Notes: a model not told the origin generated them from the sequence alone. A DNA stretch of 64,000 nucleotides from Selaginella moellendorffii (GCF_000143415.4 NW_003314265.1:2150777-2214776), one strand, 5' to 3'. Positions 37,532-50,345 are shown, counted from the stretch's first letter. Numbers and translations: made by a program.

Positions 37532-38296
37532 TTACGAGAAAAGGGGCACTAAGACGAACTCTGCGACGCCAGTATACTGCTCTCTTTGCACCGTGAAAAT
37601 CCCGTGCTTAGGGTGGAACACAATCCATCTAGTGGGAGTAAATCCCAGGAGCACCACACACTGCCCAATCCAGTACATGTTGTACGTGCTACAATACCAC
37701 GCCTTGCCACCGCCGTCATCCACAAAGGCATCATCTTTTTCAAGTTGCTCGCATCTCAAGCTCGTTACCACTGGGTGTCGATTCAAGAGCTCCAACACCA
37801 CCTCCTCGCTGGGTCGAGTAATCAAGCCCACTTTCCTCAAACTATTACCTAGAACATAAACTTGGAATAAATTCTTGTCCTGCTGCTTATGCCTGAAGAG
37901 CTCCAGTGCCTTATGGATCAAGGACAAGGCTGGCTGTTGGCGCTCCTGGAGAGAAAACTGGTGTGCCGTGGTGCCAAGCTTGGCCATGGCCTGGGAGCAA
38001 AGGTTTAACGCTCGCTCCCAGCAGCCAGAGCACCGTTTCGCTTCTTTGTTTACTGTGGCTATCGGCATACCTTGCTCATCGAAGTCAAACAGAGGCTGGA
38101 GATCACCGCCTCGAGGCGGATTAGTGCTTTTCAACTCGCTACCTGGAAAAAGACCGCTCCAGTCGACCGTCGCTTCCTTGGGAGATTTTCCTGGTATAAA
38201 AGGCTCAACCTGGTATACCCTCTGAGCCCTAGACGCCAGATCTCTGAGGCAACACCAGCGCGAAGCGTGGATCACAACATCCGGCTCCACTACCAT
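37532..38296 (-). CDS. Intronless orphan protein, possible divergent papain-like fold
   Basis: Open 254-aa frame from ATG 38296 with CSGCW and GQCVVLLGF..WIV motifs. Confidence 0.5.
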   Translation of the reverse strand: MVVEPDVVIHASRWCCLRDLASRAQRVYQVEPFIPGKSPKEATVDWSGLFPGSELKSTNPPRGGDLQPLFDFDEQGMPIATVNKEAKRCSGCWERALNLCSQAMAKLGTTAHQFSLQERQQPALSLIHKALELFRHKQQDKNLFQVYVLGNSLRKVGLITRPSEEVVLELLNRHPVVTSLRCEQLEKDDAFVDDGGGKAWYCSTYNMYWIGQCVVLLGFTPTRWIVFHPKHGIFTVQREQYTGVAEFVLVPLFS

Positions 38297-38526
38297 CTTT
38301 TTAGGGCAACCCTTCAAGTTTAACGGCAATTACTTTAAGCCTAGCATGATAGTCAATGCTTTTATTTATATTGAGCAGGATAAGATGAATTTGCCAATGC
38401 GATCACAAAACCTTGTGCTGTAAACTCGTTCCTCCCTTACAAGTGCTTGATCGGCCGCCTTAGCTTACACAAACGCAACAGCATCTTAAGAAAGAAACCG
38501 ATGAAACTAGTGACATACCTTGCTGA

Positions 38527-39844
38527 TTAGAATCGGGAATGAGCACCTGTCTTCCCATCCGCCCCATACAGCCAGTACTCAAACGAGCCTTCCACAAAGT
38601 TGTAGTAGCCACCATGGAGCGTGAGGTTGCCATTCATGACTGCGTCGTGCACGAAGGGAAAAGCCAAGAGGTTTGACAGCGATAAGTTGATAGACTCCTG
38701 GCACGAAATCGTCAGACGAACGGGGAAAGAGCAGCGCTCGCAGAGCAAACCTTTTCGCACATTGTGCACTGCTGTTCCAGGTCCTGGTCAGCTGCTGCCT
38801 TGAGAGCCGCGGTACGAGCCGCAAGCCCAATCTGGATCCAGTCTTCAACAAAAACACTGACTAAAAAATCACGTCAGATGTGCCAGAAAAGGAGAGAAAC
38901 AAGCAAAGCGAGAGCGTAAAAGTACCTCCGTTTCACATTTTCCTTCTGTGTCATGAGAGCAAGGATGCCACCACACCTGCTGTGCCCGATCACCATTATA
39001 CTCTCCACCTATGGACGGTTTGCAAAGCTTGTATTTGCCGGAAAATGGTTACCTTGAGAACCATGACGGCGTATTCAATAGCTGCACTAGTGCCGGGATA
39101 GATCATAGCCTGCCCGGATTTTCACAACCATGCTTTGGAATCCAAACCAAGAAAATTACAGAGTACCTGCTCTGGTGGAGGAACCATGTTAGCAATGTTG
39201 CGGACGACAAATGCTTCGCCTGGCCGGAATCCAAGAACTGTCGTGGGACATACTCTCGAGTCGGAGCAGGCAATGACCATGAACTGCACAAGAAATATAA
39301 GAGATGAGCCGTTTCGAGCGTTCTTAAGACCAGACAGCGCTTACCTTTGGAGTCTGCTTCACCGCTACTTCGCGAAACAGCTTTGGTTGCCTCCTGTCCA
39401 CAGCACAAATTCGGAAGTTGGCATTGAAACCGTCCAGGGATTCAGATTTGTCTGGCGTACAAGAAAGTCTCCTGCTTGAATTTTTCAAAGCCGTGCTGGA
39501 TTCTCTGCTTCACTCTCTCCGTTGGGGTGAATGTATTCTGCGCGATCACCAAAAAATCATAAAAAAGCCCAGAAGGACAAGAGTAAACTTACTTGGTATG
39601 CTTGGCAGAGGCTCGTGTGTCTCCCCGCCGCGCATTTGCCAAAACAAACAACGGAACAAAAGGTGCTGCCCAATCCTCCTGGAAACGGCGCTCGGATCAT
39701 CTTTTCTTCGTATTTAGGGTGTGCTCTACACACGCAGGCGCCAAGTGGTGTCCTACGTGCCAAAGAAAAACAGTTACAAAGAAAACCAATGAATACGTAC
39801 TTTACTCGCCGTGAGACCCGAGCTCGTTGAGGAAGAAGCACCAT
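38527..39844 (-). CDS. BCA: Beta-class carbonic anhydrase (multi-exon)
   Basis: [54 protein letters not shown]. Start uncertain. Confidence 0.93.
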
Positions 39845-40097
39845 TCACAGTATAAATATAAAGTAGCACCCGGAGCTCTCTATTCCTGAAACAAAATGTC
39901 TAAAAACCAAACAACGAACAAAAAAAAATAAAAAATGGTATAAATGCAGATACGACGAGGCAAGCAATACCTTGAAGATCATAATGCTCGAGCATCAGAA
40001 AGGCGAGAAATCAAGCTTGTTAAATTTTTCGTTAAGCATACTACAGTCATTCACACATCCAGGAGAAAATCACTTACCAGGGAAGTGATAAAAAAAA

Positions 40098-42195
40098 TCA
40101 CATGGATGCACTAACTATTATGTCACCGAATGGAACCTCTTGCTTCACTAAGAGAGACTGTTTGGACCCGAGGACCTGTTCCACACGCTGTCGGAAACAA
40201 GTCGCGAATAAAAAAATACACAACGTTACCAGAATGTCATAAAACATGCAAGCTGCAACTCTTCTAGTTTTTCCGGTCAGAATTTGTTCCAGCGACAAAC
40301 TCGCGTTCGGGGCCTGTTTGCTGAGCCTCTCCAACATAAGTGCTACCGCCCTGGTCACATGAAACATCATTGAGAATATATTTACCACTTGATAAGCACT
40401 GACCTCGTCCGTCCGGAGCATACATCACTGTCTGGAGCCTGGGAGTCACGGCCGTCTACAAGTTCTGTAAGGAGATCAGCGAAATGGTGAAGTGGAAAGT
40501 GCAAAAAGTATCATCACCTTCAAAATGGCAATCAAAGTCCTGCAGAAAAAAAACCGAGTTCATAAAAAAATGAAACAAAATCACGCAGCTTACGGGTAAA
40601 TCAGCTACAGAGTCGACAGCTGGGTTTATAGAAGCGTTCAAATTGTCTTCCCCGTTCAGATTATCTCCAGCAAGCTTTTTCGTGGCGGCGATCTCTAAAA
40701 GTTTGTTAAAAATTAGTTCTTATGAACTTGGAAGGTAAGCTTAATACCTCTCTCTGTTTCGCGTTCCAAAACACCGTAAGTCCTCAGTTGATAGTTGCTC
40801 GCTGGCAGCCGGCTACCAGTTAGCAGCTGAAGCAACCTCTGGTCCCTAGCAGTCATGTTTTGCATAAGAAGCATTCGTCGATAACAGCAATCGGCTCTTT
40901 TACGAGGCCTTAGCAGGTCTTTTGTGCTACGGAGCTGGTTCTGTAGCAGGCTACCAAAACCCGGGAGTCAGAGTTGTAAACGAAATTATGATACTCGGCT
41001 TACTCGTTCGATAGCATGGTCGACATATCAAACGCAAGCCGCTTCCGCTTGTTTCTGGTCCTGACGTTGCTGCGTATCTCAGTGCATGGTTTCTGAGGTG
41101 TCCTTGGAGCGAAGGCCAACTCTGTGATAAAAGACAGTCACGAGCCTTTAAACTTACAGTAGCTCACCTGATTCTTTTTCGGAAAAATAGCCACAGTCTT
41201 GCGCGCGAATGGCCTTCTCCCTCTCTATCACAGTCTGAAAAGGAGCATCTGGCATTTGCTGATCAGCTATCTCATCAACGATCGAAGCCAAGGACCGCAT
41301 TGCCGTTGGACGTAGAAGGCTGTAAGGTGCTCGCTCCCTATGGTCTGCCAAGACGTCATTTGTTGGTGTTTGCGGCTGAAATACTCCATCGTCCACAATG
41401 CCGGACCATTCGTCCAAGTTTTCTTTCTCTTGGCTGCAGTACAGGGTACGTTACTCTCGTTGAAGAAAGGAATCACACCATACCATTGCGAGATGACTTC
41501 CTCAACTTCGAAGCCGAATGGCAAATCACCATCAGGAAATCTTTCTGTAAAGTAAAAAGTTAGAAACGACTAGACAAAAGCCAGTTCTCACCATCTAGCT
41601 CCGTGTTGTAAGATCCAAAATGATCTACGTTTGGCTGCAAAGTAATGTGCTCTGCCAGTGCAACGTGCAAATCGACATTGCTGCACAAACGCTAACAGAA
41701 AGTTAACAGTGCAACATTGCCAATCATATTCCCGTACCTGTGTACTGCGTTTACAACCTCTTCTTCCCGAAAAGGATCGAGCAAGTCAGCCAAGTTTCCA
41801 GCATAGCCCACACAAAGGCGCTCAGTTTCCAGTAGAGAAGCGTCGCTAGCTTTGATGCTCAGCCTTTTGATCTTCTCCCAGGTCTCGTTGGAGACTGCCA
41901 GGAGGTAGACAACCTTCCTAGAGTAAATGCGTGCCACGCCCAGCAACAGATAAGCGGACACTCTCAAAGACAGCGGCACGTCGGGGAAGCGAAGGATTTC
42001 ATCTGCCAAAACCCCACGCCTTTGAGCTCGAGTGCGCAAAAACCACGACTTTGAGCGCAAACATGACGGAAGATAAGACTTACCAACAGTTGTAGCGATG
42101 TCTGCCGCGCTTATCTCGCTCCTGGCAAGCCGGCGCTCCACATGAGCCGCGCGCCACGCCGTTCCCAGCGGCCCCTTCCTTGGCAGAGATTGCAT
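40098..42195 (-). CDS. RAD21: RAD21/REC8-family cohesin kleisin (multi-exon)
   Basis: N-terminal KGPLGTAWRAAH..LSLRVSAYLLLGVARIYSRKV and C-terminal TRRVAACMFYDILV..QEVPFGDI. Confidence 0.9.
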
Positions 42196-42719
42196 TTACC
42201 CGTTCAGCAGTAGCAGTAGCTCGCATTCTTCGTCAAGCACTCGCGCAGAACACAAAACCTAGGTAGCGAGGATCGAGAGAGCGTCGAGAAAAATAAATAT
42301 CTGTTCAACGATCACAAACAACTTAAACGGTGCGGATTGAGCTGACCGTTTTTTACCTCGCTATTTGTCTGTCCCTGCCTGTAACAAAAAACTGTTAACT
42401 GTGTCTCATTGTAGGTATTACCAGTTAGACACCCGATCTCCCTCACCAGAGCACGAGTTCAGCTCTTGTCTAACTTCGTGTTAAGCTCTCCAGCCTTTCT
42501 CGGCCTCCTGGGAGGGAAAGTATGAGCCTGATGAAAGCTGAGTATTCACTGCTCTAAAAAACTTTGCATTGCCAAACAGGTATTGGATGCAAGAAAGTGG
42601 TGGCCGTGTAACAAGTCTCACTGAATGGATGCTACGCTCCACACCCTTGTAGTGGCTTAAAATCGAAATCAATGATGCAATCGCAAAGGTGACAAGCGGA
42701 GATGAAACAAGTATAATAT

Positions 42720-44400
42720 TCACTAATTAACATAACTTTTACGTTTCATACATTGATTGGAAAAGTAGGTGTGTGTAATATAATTCATTTGTGAATTTTA
42801 TTTTAATTACTATCTAGATGTTTATTATCTCAATATTTCTAAATTAATCATATAAGATAATTAAGTACACAGTTCCAAAATGGGAAAAACTTGCATATTA
42901 TATGGAATATAGGTCCTTCTTCTTTTTGTTTGAGATATTCTTATTAAGTGTTTTATTAAAGTATATATAATTTATTGTAAAACCCATAGTCTTAGTAATA
43001 AAATTATAAGTCACAAATTCATACACAGATAAGTATTTTGGTTTGAGCTTATATAGACAGTCTTTGGCAATATTTGTTTAAAAAAATTGTTGATTATTAT
43101 TAGTGAAACATAAACATTTTTATTTATCATTATGTTATTTATAAATAGTTGCAAATGTTTTTTTGACAACATGGCATTATAAAATGTATATTAACATTTA
43201 GTACCTCAGAAGATATTAAATTTTACATTAGTAATTCAAACAAATATATAAAGTTTTAAAATATATCTTATTAAAATTTTACAGTTTAAAATGAAGTAAG
43301 TTTTTGGAAAATATTTTATTTCTACCAGAGTATGGTGAAATCTCTTAAGAAAATCATTATATTAATAAATTAGTTAAAATATTTAATGATATATAGAAAA
43401 AATTTAAAAATAAGTTAAAGAGTATATGCTAGTGAATTACTATGAACTGTGCTAATATATTTTTTTATGAAAGTATAATTTCAAATATAAAAAGAGCTAA
43501 AGAAATGAAATTTGACATTTAATATAGTTAAATTGTCTTTGGGGTTATTTTTGGCTAAATAACAAAATTTGCCTTATTATTGATTTTTTTTAAATTTATA
43601 TTTTTAATCCTTGAGATAAAATAATAAAAACCATAATAAAAATATTTTAAAAATAATAAAAAAGTATAAATATTTATAAATATAAAAAAAATAATTACTA
43701 AGTTATACTTTATGATAAAGTAAAACATATAATTTGCATAATCTTCTAAGTTTCAAAAGGATTGTGAGAAATATAGTCTGCTATAACATCTCTTGAAAAT
43801 AAAATTCAAGAACACCTCCTCCAAAAGTGTTGACAGAAGTTTTAGACACTCGAAGTTATCGTTGATTTGTCAACTAATTATTTATATTATAAATATCTTA
43901 AAGTTTATAAAAATAATTTAGTTTAAATGTTTACTTTTAAGTTTTAACTATTTTCATAATAAAACTATCAAGAAAACTTTGACAATTATTTTTCAGAATT
44001 ATTATTTGAACTTAATTGATAATTAAAATGATTGTATATTGTGTTAAAACTTTAAATTAACTAAGTAAATAGAATTAAGTATGTTTAATATTTATATTTT
44101 ATACAACATTTATAGTTGCAAAACTATTTGTATATAAGTCCCAAAATAAACATAAATTAATTAATTGCACATTATAACAAGTTAAGCAGCTCACAAACAT
44201 AAAAGTAATGAACAAATAGATTTTTTATTTATAAAATTTTAGATAGTGAACTTTATATATATACAATAAATTCACATAATTTTTATGACTATACATGTAA
44301 TTCCTATAAAATTATTATTCTTATCTATATTCAATTGACTATTTCACCTTTTATAAAATATTAAACCTTTCAAGGAAAAAGGAATTACCAGTTCTAAAAC
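42720..44400. other. Very AT-rich non-coding island
   Basis: Abrupt composition shift; no ORFs of 60 aa or more in the track. Confidence 0.8.
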
Positions 44401-44642
44401 TTGAAGCGTTATGCGCAGGGCACGCCTTGTGTGCTTGCGGAAGAGGCGAAGCGTTGTTTGTGCGTGCCGTGGTAGCGTCACTGTCCATCATAGGAATCTC
44501 GTTCGCTGGACGCCCGTTCTTATAATGTCCCTAGCAGCGCGATGCTTTGCAGAGTTCCCGCGGCGCAATCGCAATGCCGTCGAGGAGGAGGACCTCAACC
44601 TCGCCCGCTATTGCGTAGCAGCAGCGGCATCGCGGCCGGATC

Positions 44643-47136
44643 ATGAAATTCCAGAAGCAGCTCCAGTTGCAGCTGGTGCCGGAATGGCGGGATTCCTACT
44701 GCGATTACAAGGATCTCAAGAAGGAGCTCCGCAAGATCAAGCGCTCCGGTCCGGCACGGCGATCTTGGATGCCAGGTTACCTCCTTGGCAGGCGCCGCAG
44801 GAAGATCGAAGTAATCTTTCTTTCTTGGCGATCGATCGTGGTTGCGAATTATATTTTGGTGGGATGTTGTTCCAGATTGTTGTGCATTCGCGAGGCGGCC
44901 ATGCGGCGTTTGAGACGGAGCTGGATTCCGCCGCTAGCGAGAATGAGCGAGCATTTTTCCGGGCGCTCGATTTGCAGCTCGGCATTGTCAATGGTTTCTA
45001 TATCGCCAGGGAAGGAGAACTCGAATCGAGAGCGCGTATGCTACTACTCCAGCTCGAGAATGATCATCACTCAGTTACTGGAGGTTTGTAGCATCTCTTT
45101 TGATAGTTTTGCTAATTTCCATTACTTACAGATGCGCGGAAGTCGAGCTCTCTTTGCAATGCGGTGGCCGATCTTTGCAGACAACTTTCTCTTCTACGTA
45201 ACTACAGGTTCCGGATTGATCAGGAATTCGCGAATGCTGATCTTTGGTGTGTTGGCTGCAGCACGCTAAATAGGATGGCATTCTGGAAAATCATGAAAAA
45301 ATTCGACAAGGTACCGTGATCACGCTTTTCCGTTCCTGGGAAGCAATCTTACGGGGTCCTTTGCCGTGCGCTGCAGATCACAGGACAAAACGTGAGCTCT
45401 GCGTACATGAGAGCTGTGGAAACGTCGTACTTTCGGACCTCGCATAAGGCATGTCTTTTGCTGCTTGGAAAAATCTTGTGATTTGTTCGTGGAAGCAGTT
45501 GCTTGACACGATGGACCAAGTGAACAGCATTGTCAAGCACACTTTCATCAAGGGATGGTACTATTCTTCGTCATCCTCGCGTACAAGTTTCTACTTTGGT
45601 ACGTGACTTGCATACCGGCCATGTAATTCGCAAGGTGTGTTGCGGCCTTGCAGGGCTTGTGACGGGGAGCTGTCTGGGATTGCTTGCAGCCTTCGTGCTG
45701 CTACATATTCTTTCTCGTAGGAAGAGGGGAGCGGCCATGCTGACAACGTTTTCAATATTCGGGTATGATCAAAGTTCACGTTTGAAGGAGCTGCGTTTAA
45801 ATCCTTTACAGCACTCTCGCGTTATTTGTGCTCCACTTGTGCATGTATGCCTGTAACGTCTACTTCTGGCAGCGGGCGCGGATTCACTATGCCTCCATGC
45901 TTGAGATGGCGCCGGGAGCGGATCTAAAACACCAAGACATTTTCCTCATAAGTCTTGCTCTTGCCGCGATTTTGCTACTCGGCATGGTTCTTTACCTTGG
46001 TGCTGATATTTTGGCCATTCAAGCTGTCACGACCAATGACATCCCGCTTTTTGTTATTGTGGTAAGTGAAGCAGTGATTCTAAGAAAGCAGTCATGCCAC
46101 TTCTAACAAATCTGCTGAAGATGGATTCAGGTTGTGGTGGCTCTACTTGTTATTCCTTACAATTATTTCTACAAGCCTGCACGATATGGTCTTCTGCGGC
46201 TGATCGCCCGGACCATCTTTTCGCCTCTTTCTGAAGTTCGTCTCCATCCCAGCCTGAGGTAGCTTGCTGAACGTTTTTGATATCTTTTTGCAGGTCAGGT
46301 TTGCAGATTTTTTCTTTGCTGACCAGCTTACTAGCCAGGTATCAGTATTCTTTCACACTTTTGTTTTTCTAGCTAAATCCATTCCATCGCAGGCTTCAGC
46401 TCTCAAGGATCTTGGTTTCTCTGTGTGCTACCATGGAGGCCGTGTTCTGGCTGGCAACACTGCAGTCTGCTTCACTTCTACATATCAGTGTGCCATGCTT
46501 TTGCTTCCGCAGTGGTGGAGAATTCTCCAGGTACGACTCTCTTCCAGAGCCTGGAGTGATCTTGCCTTTTCTAGTGCCTCAGGAAATGGCATGACGGAGA
46601 TCAAGTACAGCTTGCCAACGCTGCCAAGTATTTGTGCGGAATGCTTTCGCTCATGGCCAAGTTTGCGTACGCAAGAACAGGCTCCACACTCTGGTTCGTA
46701 TCATTCATAGTCATATCTTTGTGTACAACGATGTACCAGCTCTATTGGGATCTCGTCATGGACTGGGGGCTGCTCCAGCGACGGTCACGCAATCCTTGGC
46801 TCCGAGACGAGCTCATCCTCACGAAGAAAGCAATCTACATCGCGTCCATGGTCAGTACTCGTGGTAGTAATATCAACAACTCATGCTTGTTACGTGCACA
46901 GGTTGTCAACTCATTTCTTCGCTTTGCGTGGCTGCATTCTTTTTTATCTTTTCGTGCTGGCACGGATCAACAGGTGGAGCAGTTCATGTTTGCGTTCTTG
47001 GAAGTTCTCAGGAGAGGCCTCTGGAACTTTTTCAGGTAAAGAATCAATCCTCTACTCTGTTATATCGGAAGCAATGCTTCTCTCCCGCAGGCTGGAAAAC
47101 GAGCACAGCAGAATGACCAAAACAATCCCACTCTGA
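44643..47136 (+). CDS. PHO1: PHO1-family SPX-EXS phosphate exporter (multi-exon)
   Basis: MKFQKQL..VPEWRDSYCDYKDLKK, KIMKKFDK, FADFFFADQLTSQ, YWDLVMDWGLL, LEVLRRGLWNFFRLENEH. Confidence 0.92.
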
Positions 47137-47168
47137 AAGAAAAAGAAAAAAAAAGAGAAGAAAATGCT

Positions 47169-48449
47169 TCACAAATCCATAAGGTACGCGCAGCCGCCAG
47201 AATCGCATATCACCACGCCTTGATCGCCACCAACATTCTTCGAGAGCTCCGGCTGTGCCTCCCGATACTTTCTCCTCACAAACCTCGCAGCCTCGTCCGC
47301 CATCTCCGCCTTCACCAGCGCAACGCAGAAGCCTCGAAACCCCGCGCCGCTAAACCGCGCTCCATACACACCCGGCGCCTCCGCCAGTATTCCCCACAGA
47401 TCAATCAGCGCCTCGCAGCCACACTCGTAGTTCTCGATGGAGCTCCGCCCGGACTCGGTCATGAGCCGCCCAAACTCCGCCAGGTCCCCCGCCACCCAAG
47501 CCTTGACGCTGGCCTCCACCCGAGCTCTCTCCGAGAAGAAATGCTCCGCCCGCCTCGCGAGATGGCCGCCCTCCACCGCCGCTAGCTTCGCTTTGAGCCG
47601 AGTATACTCCTCCGGAGCTACGTCACCAAGCACCGCCACCTTTCTCTTCTTCTCCCTCCCGGCGGCCTCGAGAAGGAACTTGGCGGCCTTGTTACACTCG
47701 GACACCCGGAGATTAAACCCGGGCTTGGAAGCCAGCGCGTGGCGGAGGCCCGAGAAGGCGAGCAAGATCTTGTAGCTCGATCCTCCTCCTCCTCCTCCAA
47801 ACTGGAGAGATTGATGCGTTCGATCGAGCTCGTGGCACCGGATGAGCGTGAGGCAGCCCGGTCTCGCGAAGAGAATGGCCGATTGGTCCATGACACCGTT
47901 CTTGACGCCCAGGAACTCGTTCTCGAGGATCCGATCGAGTTCTACGTTGGCCTCGGGCGAGACGAGGAGATCGTTGGCGCGCTCCATCGCGAGGAGGAAG
48001 GCGATCCCCACCGCCGCGGAGGAGCTCACGCCACAGCCATGGAATCCCTCGCCGCCGTCGAGGAAGGCGACGATCCCCCTGGAGATGGCGTGTCCCGCGC
48101 GGAGGAGCGCGTAGCAAGCGCCGCGGGCGAGATCACCCCACTGGGACTCCGCGTCGCAATGCTCGATGTTGGTGGATTCTTGCGGGATCCGGAAGCTCAC
48201 CTCGCCAGGGAATTGGGCCGACCTCACGCGGATCTCCGGCCCCGCGGCCGCCGCGAATCCCAGGAGCACGCCACGATCCAGCGCCATGGTCGTGACGGCG
48301 CCGCCCTGGTGATCGACGTGGGCGCCCAGTGGGCAGATCCGGTATGGCGACGCCACGATCTGGAAGCCTCCTGATTGAGCGCCCATCGCTTCCACATTCT
48401 TGCGGATTTCATCGACGTGATCCTGCGTCGGCCAGTGGCGCTCGTCCAT
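47169..48449 (-). CDS. GALAK: Galacturonokinase (GHMP kinase), intronless, 426 aa
   Basis: WPTQDHVDEIRKNV, SPYRICPLGAHVDHQGG, GVSSSAAVG, GVMDQSAI, NYECGCE, GARFSGAGFRG. ATG at 48449. Confidence 0.93.
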   Translation of the reverse strand: MDERHWPTQDHVDEIRKNVEAMGAQSGGFQIVASPYRICPLGAHVDHQGGAVTTMALDRGVLLGFAAAAGPEIRVRSAQFPGEVSFRIPQESTNIEHCDAESQWGDLARGACYALLRAGHAISRGIVAFLDGGEGFHGCGVSSSAAVGIAFLLAMERANDLLVSPEANVELDRILENEFLGVKNGVMDQSAILFARPGCLTLIRCHELDRTHQSLQFGGGGGGSSYKILLAFSGLRHALASKPGFNLRVSECNKAAKFLLEAAGREKKRKVAVLGDVAPEEYTRLKAKLAAVEGGHLARRAEHFFSERARVEASVKAWVAGDLAEFGRLMTESGRSSIENYECGCEALIDLWGILAEAPGVYGARFSGAGFRGFCVALVKAEMADEAARFVRRKYREAQPELSKNVGGDQGVVICDSGGCAYLMDL

Positions 48450-48482
48450 GGAAATGCCAAGAACCCTACCTGGTTCCCTGGC

Positions 48483-50345
48483 ATGAATCTCGCCATCGCT
48501 GGGGATACGAGAAAAGAGATCCTTCACGCGATCGAGGCCTGTCAGGATTTGCCCCAGGCTCGAGAGCTCCACGCTTGCTTGGCCAGCTCCGTGGATCTTA
48601 GGGCCGCCGATGGCGATCCTTTCCTGTCCAACAAGCTCATCCAGATGTACGCGAGCTGCCGTGGCGCCGATCTCGCGCGCGAGGTCTTCGATTCCACCCG
48701 GCACAAAGATTTCTACACCTGGGACTCGATGCTCTCGTGCTACACCCGGAATGGGGATTTCCAGCAAGCGCGATTGTTCTTCGCCGCCATGCCGGAGGCG
48801 AGCATTGTCTCTTGCAACACGATGCTCGCGGCATTTGCCAAGGCTGGGGAATTGGATCTCGCGAGAGATCTGTTTGATCGGATGCCCGAGAAAGATATCA
48901 TCTCCTGGACAACGATTCTAGCAGCAAATGCGCGAGCAGGGTTTCTTGATCGATCTTGCGAAGTATTTGCGCAAATGCCCCTTGTCAATCTTGTGTCGTG
49001 GAATTCTATCCTTACGGCAAATACCCAGCTCGGGGATTTACTCTCAGCCATAGAAATCTTTCACGACCTAATTCCGGAAAGGAATCTGGTGTCATCTACG
49101 GCCATGATCGCCGCCCTCGGGCAGGCTGGACGGCTGGATGCCGCGAAGAAACTATTTGATGAGATGCCATTCCGGGATCTCGTGTCGTGGACTGCGGTCC
49201 TGGCCGCTTATTGCCAGTCCCGGAATCTGTCAGGTGCCACGTGGCTATTGGATAGAATGCCCGAGAGGAATGTCGTGGCGTGGACGACCGTGATAAACGC
49301 TTTCGCGCAGGAGGGGAATCTGGAAGAGGCGGAGCGAGTATTTCGTGAGATACCGGTCCAGACGCCGGTATCTTTGACCGTGATGCTCACCGCATATGCC
49401 GTGAACGGGCATCTGGATCTGGCAAAGGATCTCTTTGATGGGATGAAAGAGCGCGATCTTGTTGCTTGGAACGCAATGCTCACAGCGTTTGTGGAAAGCA
49501 ATAGTTTTGAGGACGCGAGAAGAACTTTTGACAGTGTTCCCGAACGAAGCATCGAATCGTGGAATCTACTGCTCGAAGCATTTGCCACGACAGGGCATTT
49601 GGAAATGGCAAGGCGGCATTTCTCACAGATGCCGCATGGAAATCAAACCTCCTGGAACACAATGCTGCTCGCTTCGGTGAGGGCCGGAGATTTGGAGCAG
49701 TCGCAATGCCTGTTCGAGCAGATGCCTCATCGCGACACCACTTCCTGGAACACAATCCTGGCGGCGCACGCTACCAGCGGCGATGACAATCGAGCCCTCG
49801 CGCTATTTCACTCGATGCCGCAGCGAAACCCACAGTCGTGGAACGCGATCCTGGCAATGCACTGCTCCAATCGAGATATCGACGCTGCCAGGAGCCTGTT
49901 CGCGGCAATGCCGTGCCGCGACGCCATCGCCTGGAACACGATGCTCGCCGCCCACGCCCAGATGGGCGGCCCTAATCGAGCCAAGAAATTCTTTGACGCA
50001 ATGCCGGATCAAACCCTCGCTTCCTGGGCCACACTGCTGTGCGCGTACGGCCACACCGACGGGGCGGTGGCCCTATTCGACCTGGCCAAATGTACGGTCT
50101 CACCGGACGCGGTGTGCTGGGTGCTCGTCCTAAACGCGTGCAGCCACTCGGGGCGGTGCTTTCTCGCCGGGTCCTACCTCCGGTCCATGGCGTACGACTT
50201 TGCCGTACGGCCGACGAAGCAGCACTACAATTGTATCGTGGACGCGCTCGCAAGGGGCGGCTACGTGGCGGAAGCCCACGAGCTTGTGGCGGAGATGCCC
50301 TTTGTCCCAGATTCTTTGGAGTGGACTTGTTTGCGCGGCGATTAG
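48483..50345 (+). CDS. PLS-class pentatricopeptide repeat protein with many short repeats and a truncated E domain
   Basis: Repeated ~31-aa units (LFDRMPEKDIISWTT-type), ACSHSG, HYNCIVDALARGG and MPFVPD. Confidence 0.92.
   Translation: MNLAIAGDTRKEILHAIEACQDLPQARELHACLASSVDLRAADGDPFLSNKLIQMYASCRGADLAREVFDSTRHKDFYTWDSMLSCYTRNGDFQQARLFFAAMPEASIVSCNTMLAAFAKAGELDLARDLFDRMPEKDIISWTTILAANARAGFLDRSCEVFAQMPLVNLVSWNSILTANTQLGDLLSAIEIFHDLIPERNLVSSTAMIAALGQAGRLDAAKKLFDEMPFRDLVSWTAVLAAYCQSRNLSGATWLLDRMPERNVVAWTTVINAFAQEGNLEEAERVFREIPVQTPVSLTVMLTAYAVNGHLDLAKDLFDGMKERDLVAWNAMLTAFVESNSFEDARRTFDSVPERSIESWNLLLEAFATTGHLEMARRHFSQMPHGNQTSWNTMLLASVRAGDLEQSQCLFEQMPHRDTTSWNTILAAHATSGDDNRALALFHSMPQRNPQSWNAILAMHCSNRDIDAARSLFAAMPCRDAIAWNTMLAAHAQMGGPNRAKKFFDAMPDQTLASWATLLCAYGHTDGAVALFDLAKCTVSPDAVCWVLVLNACSHSGRCFLAGSYLRSMAYDFAVRPTKQHYNCIVDALARGGYVAEAHELVAEMPFVPDSLEWTCLRGD

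Noticed and set aside
48450-48767. 106-aa N-terminal extension of the GALAK ORF
   Set aside because: It is the antisense shadow of the PPR gene. Family similarity begins at MDERHWPT.
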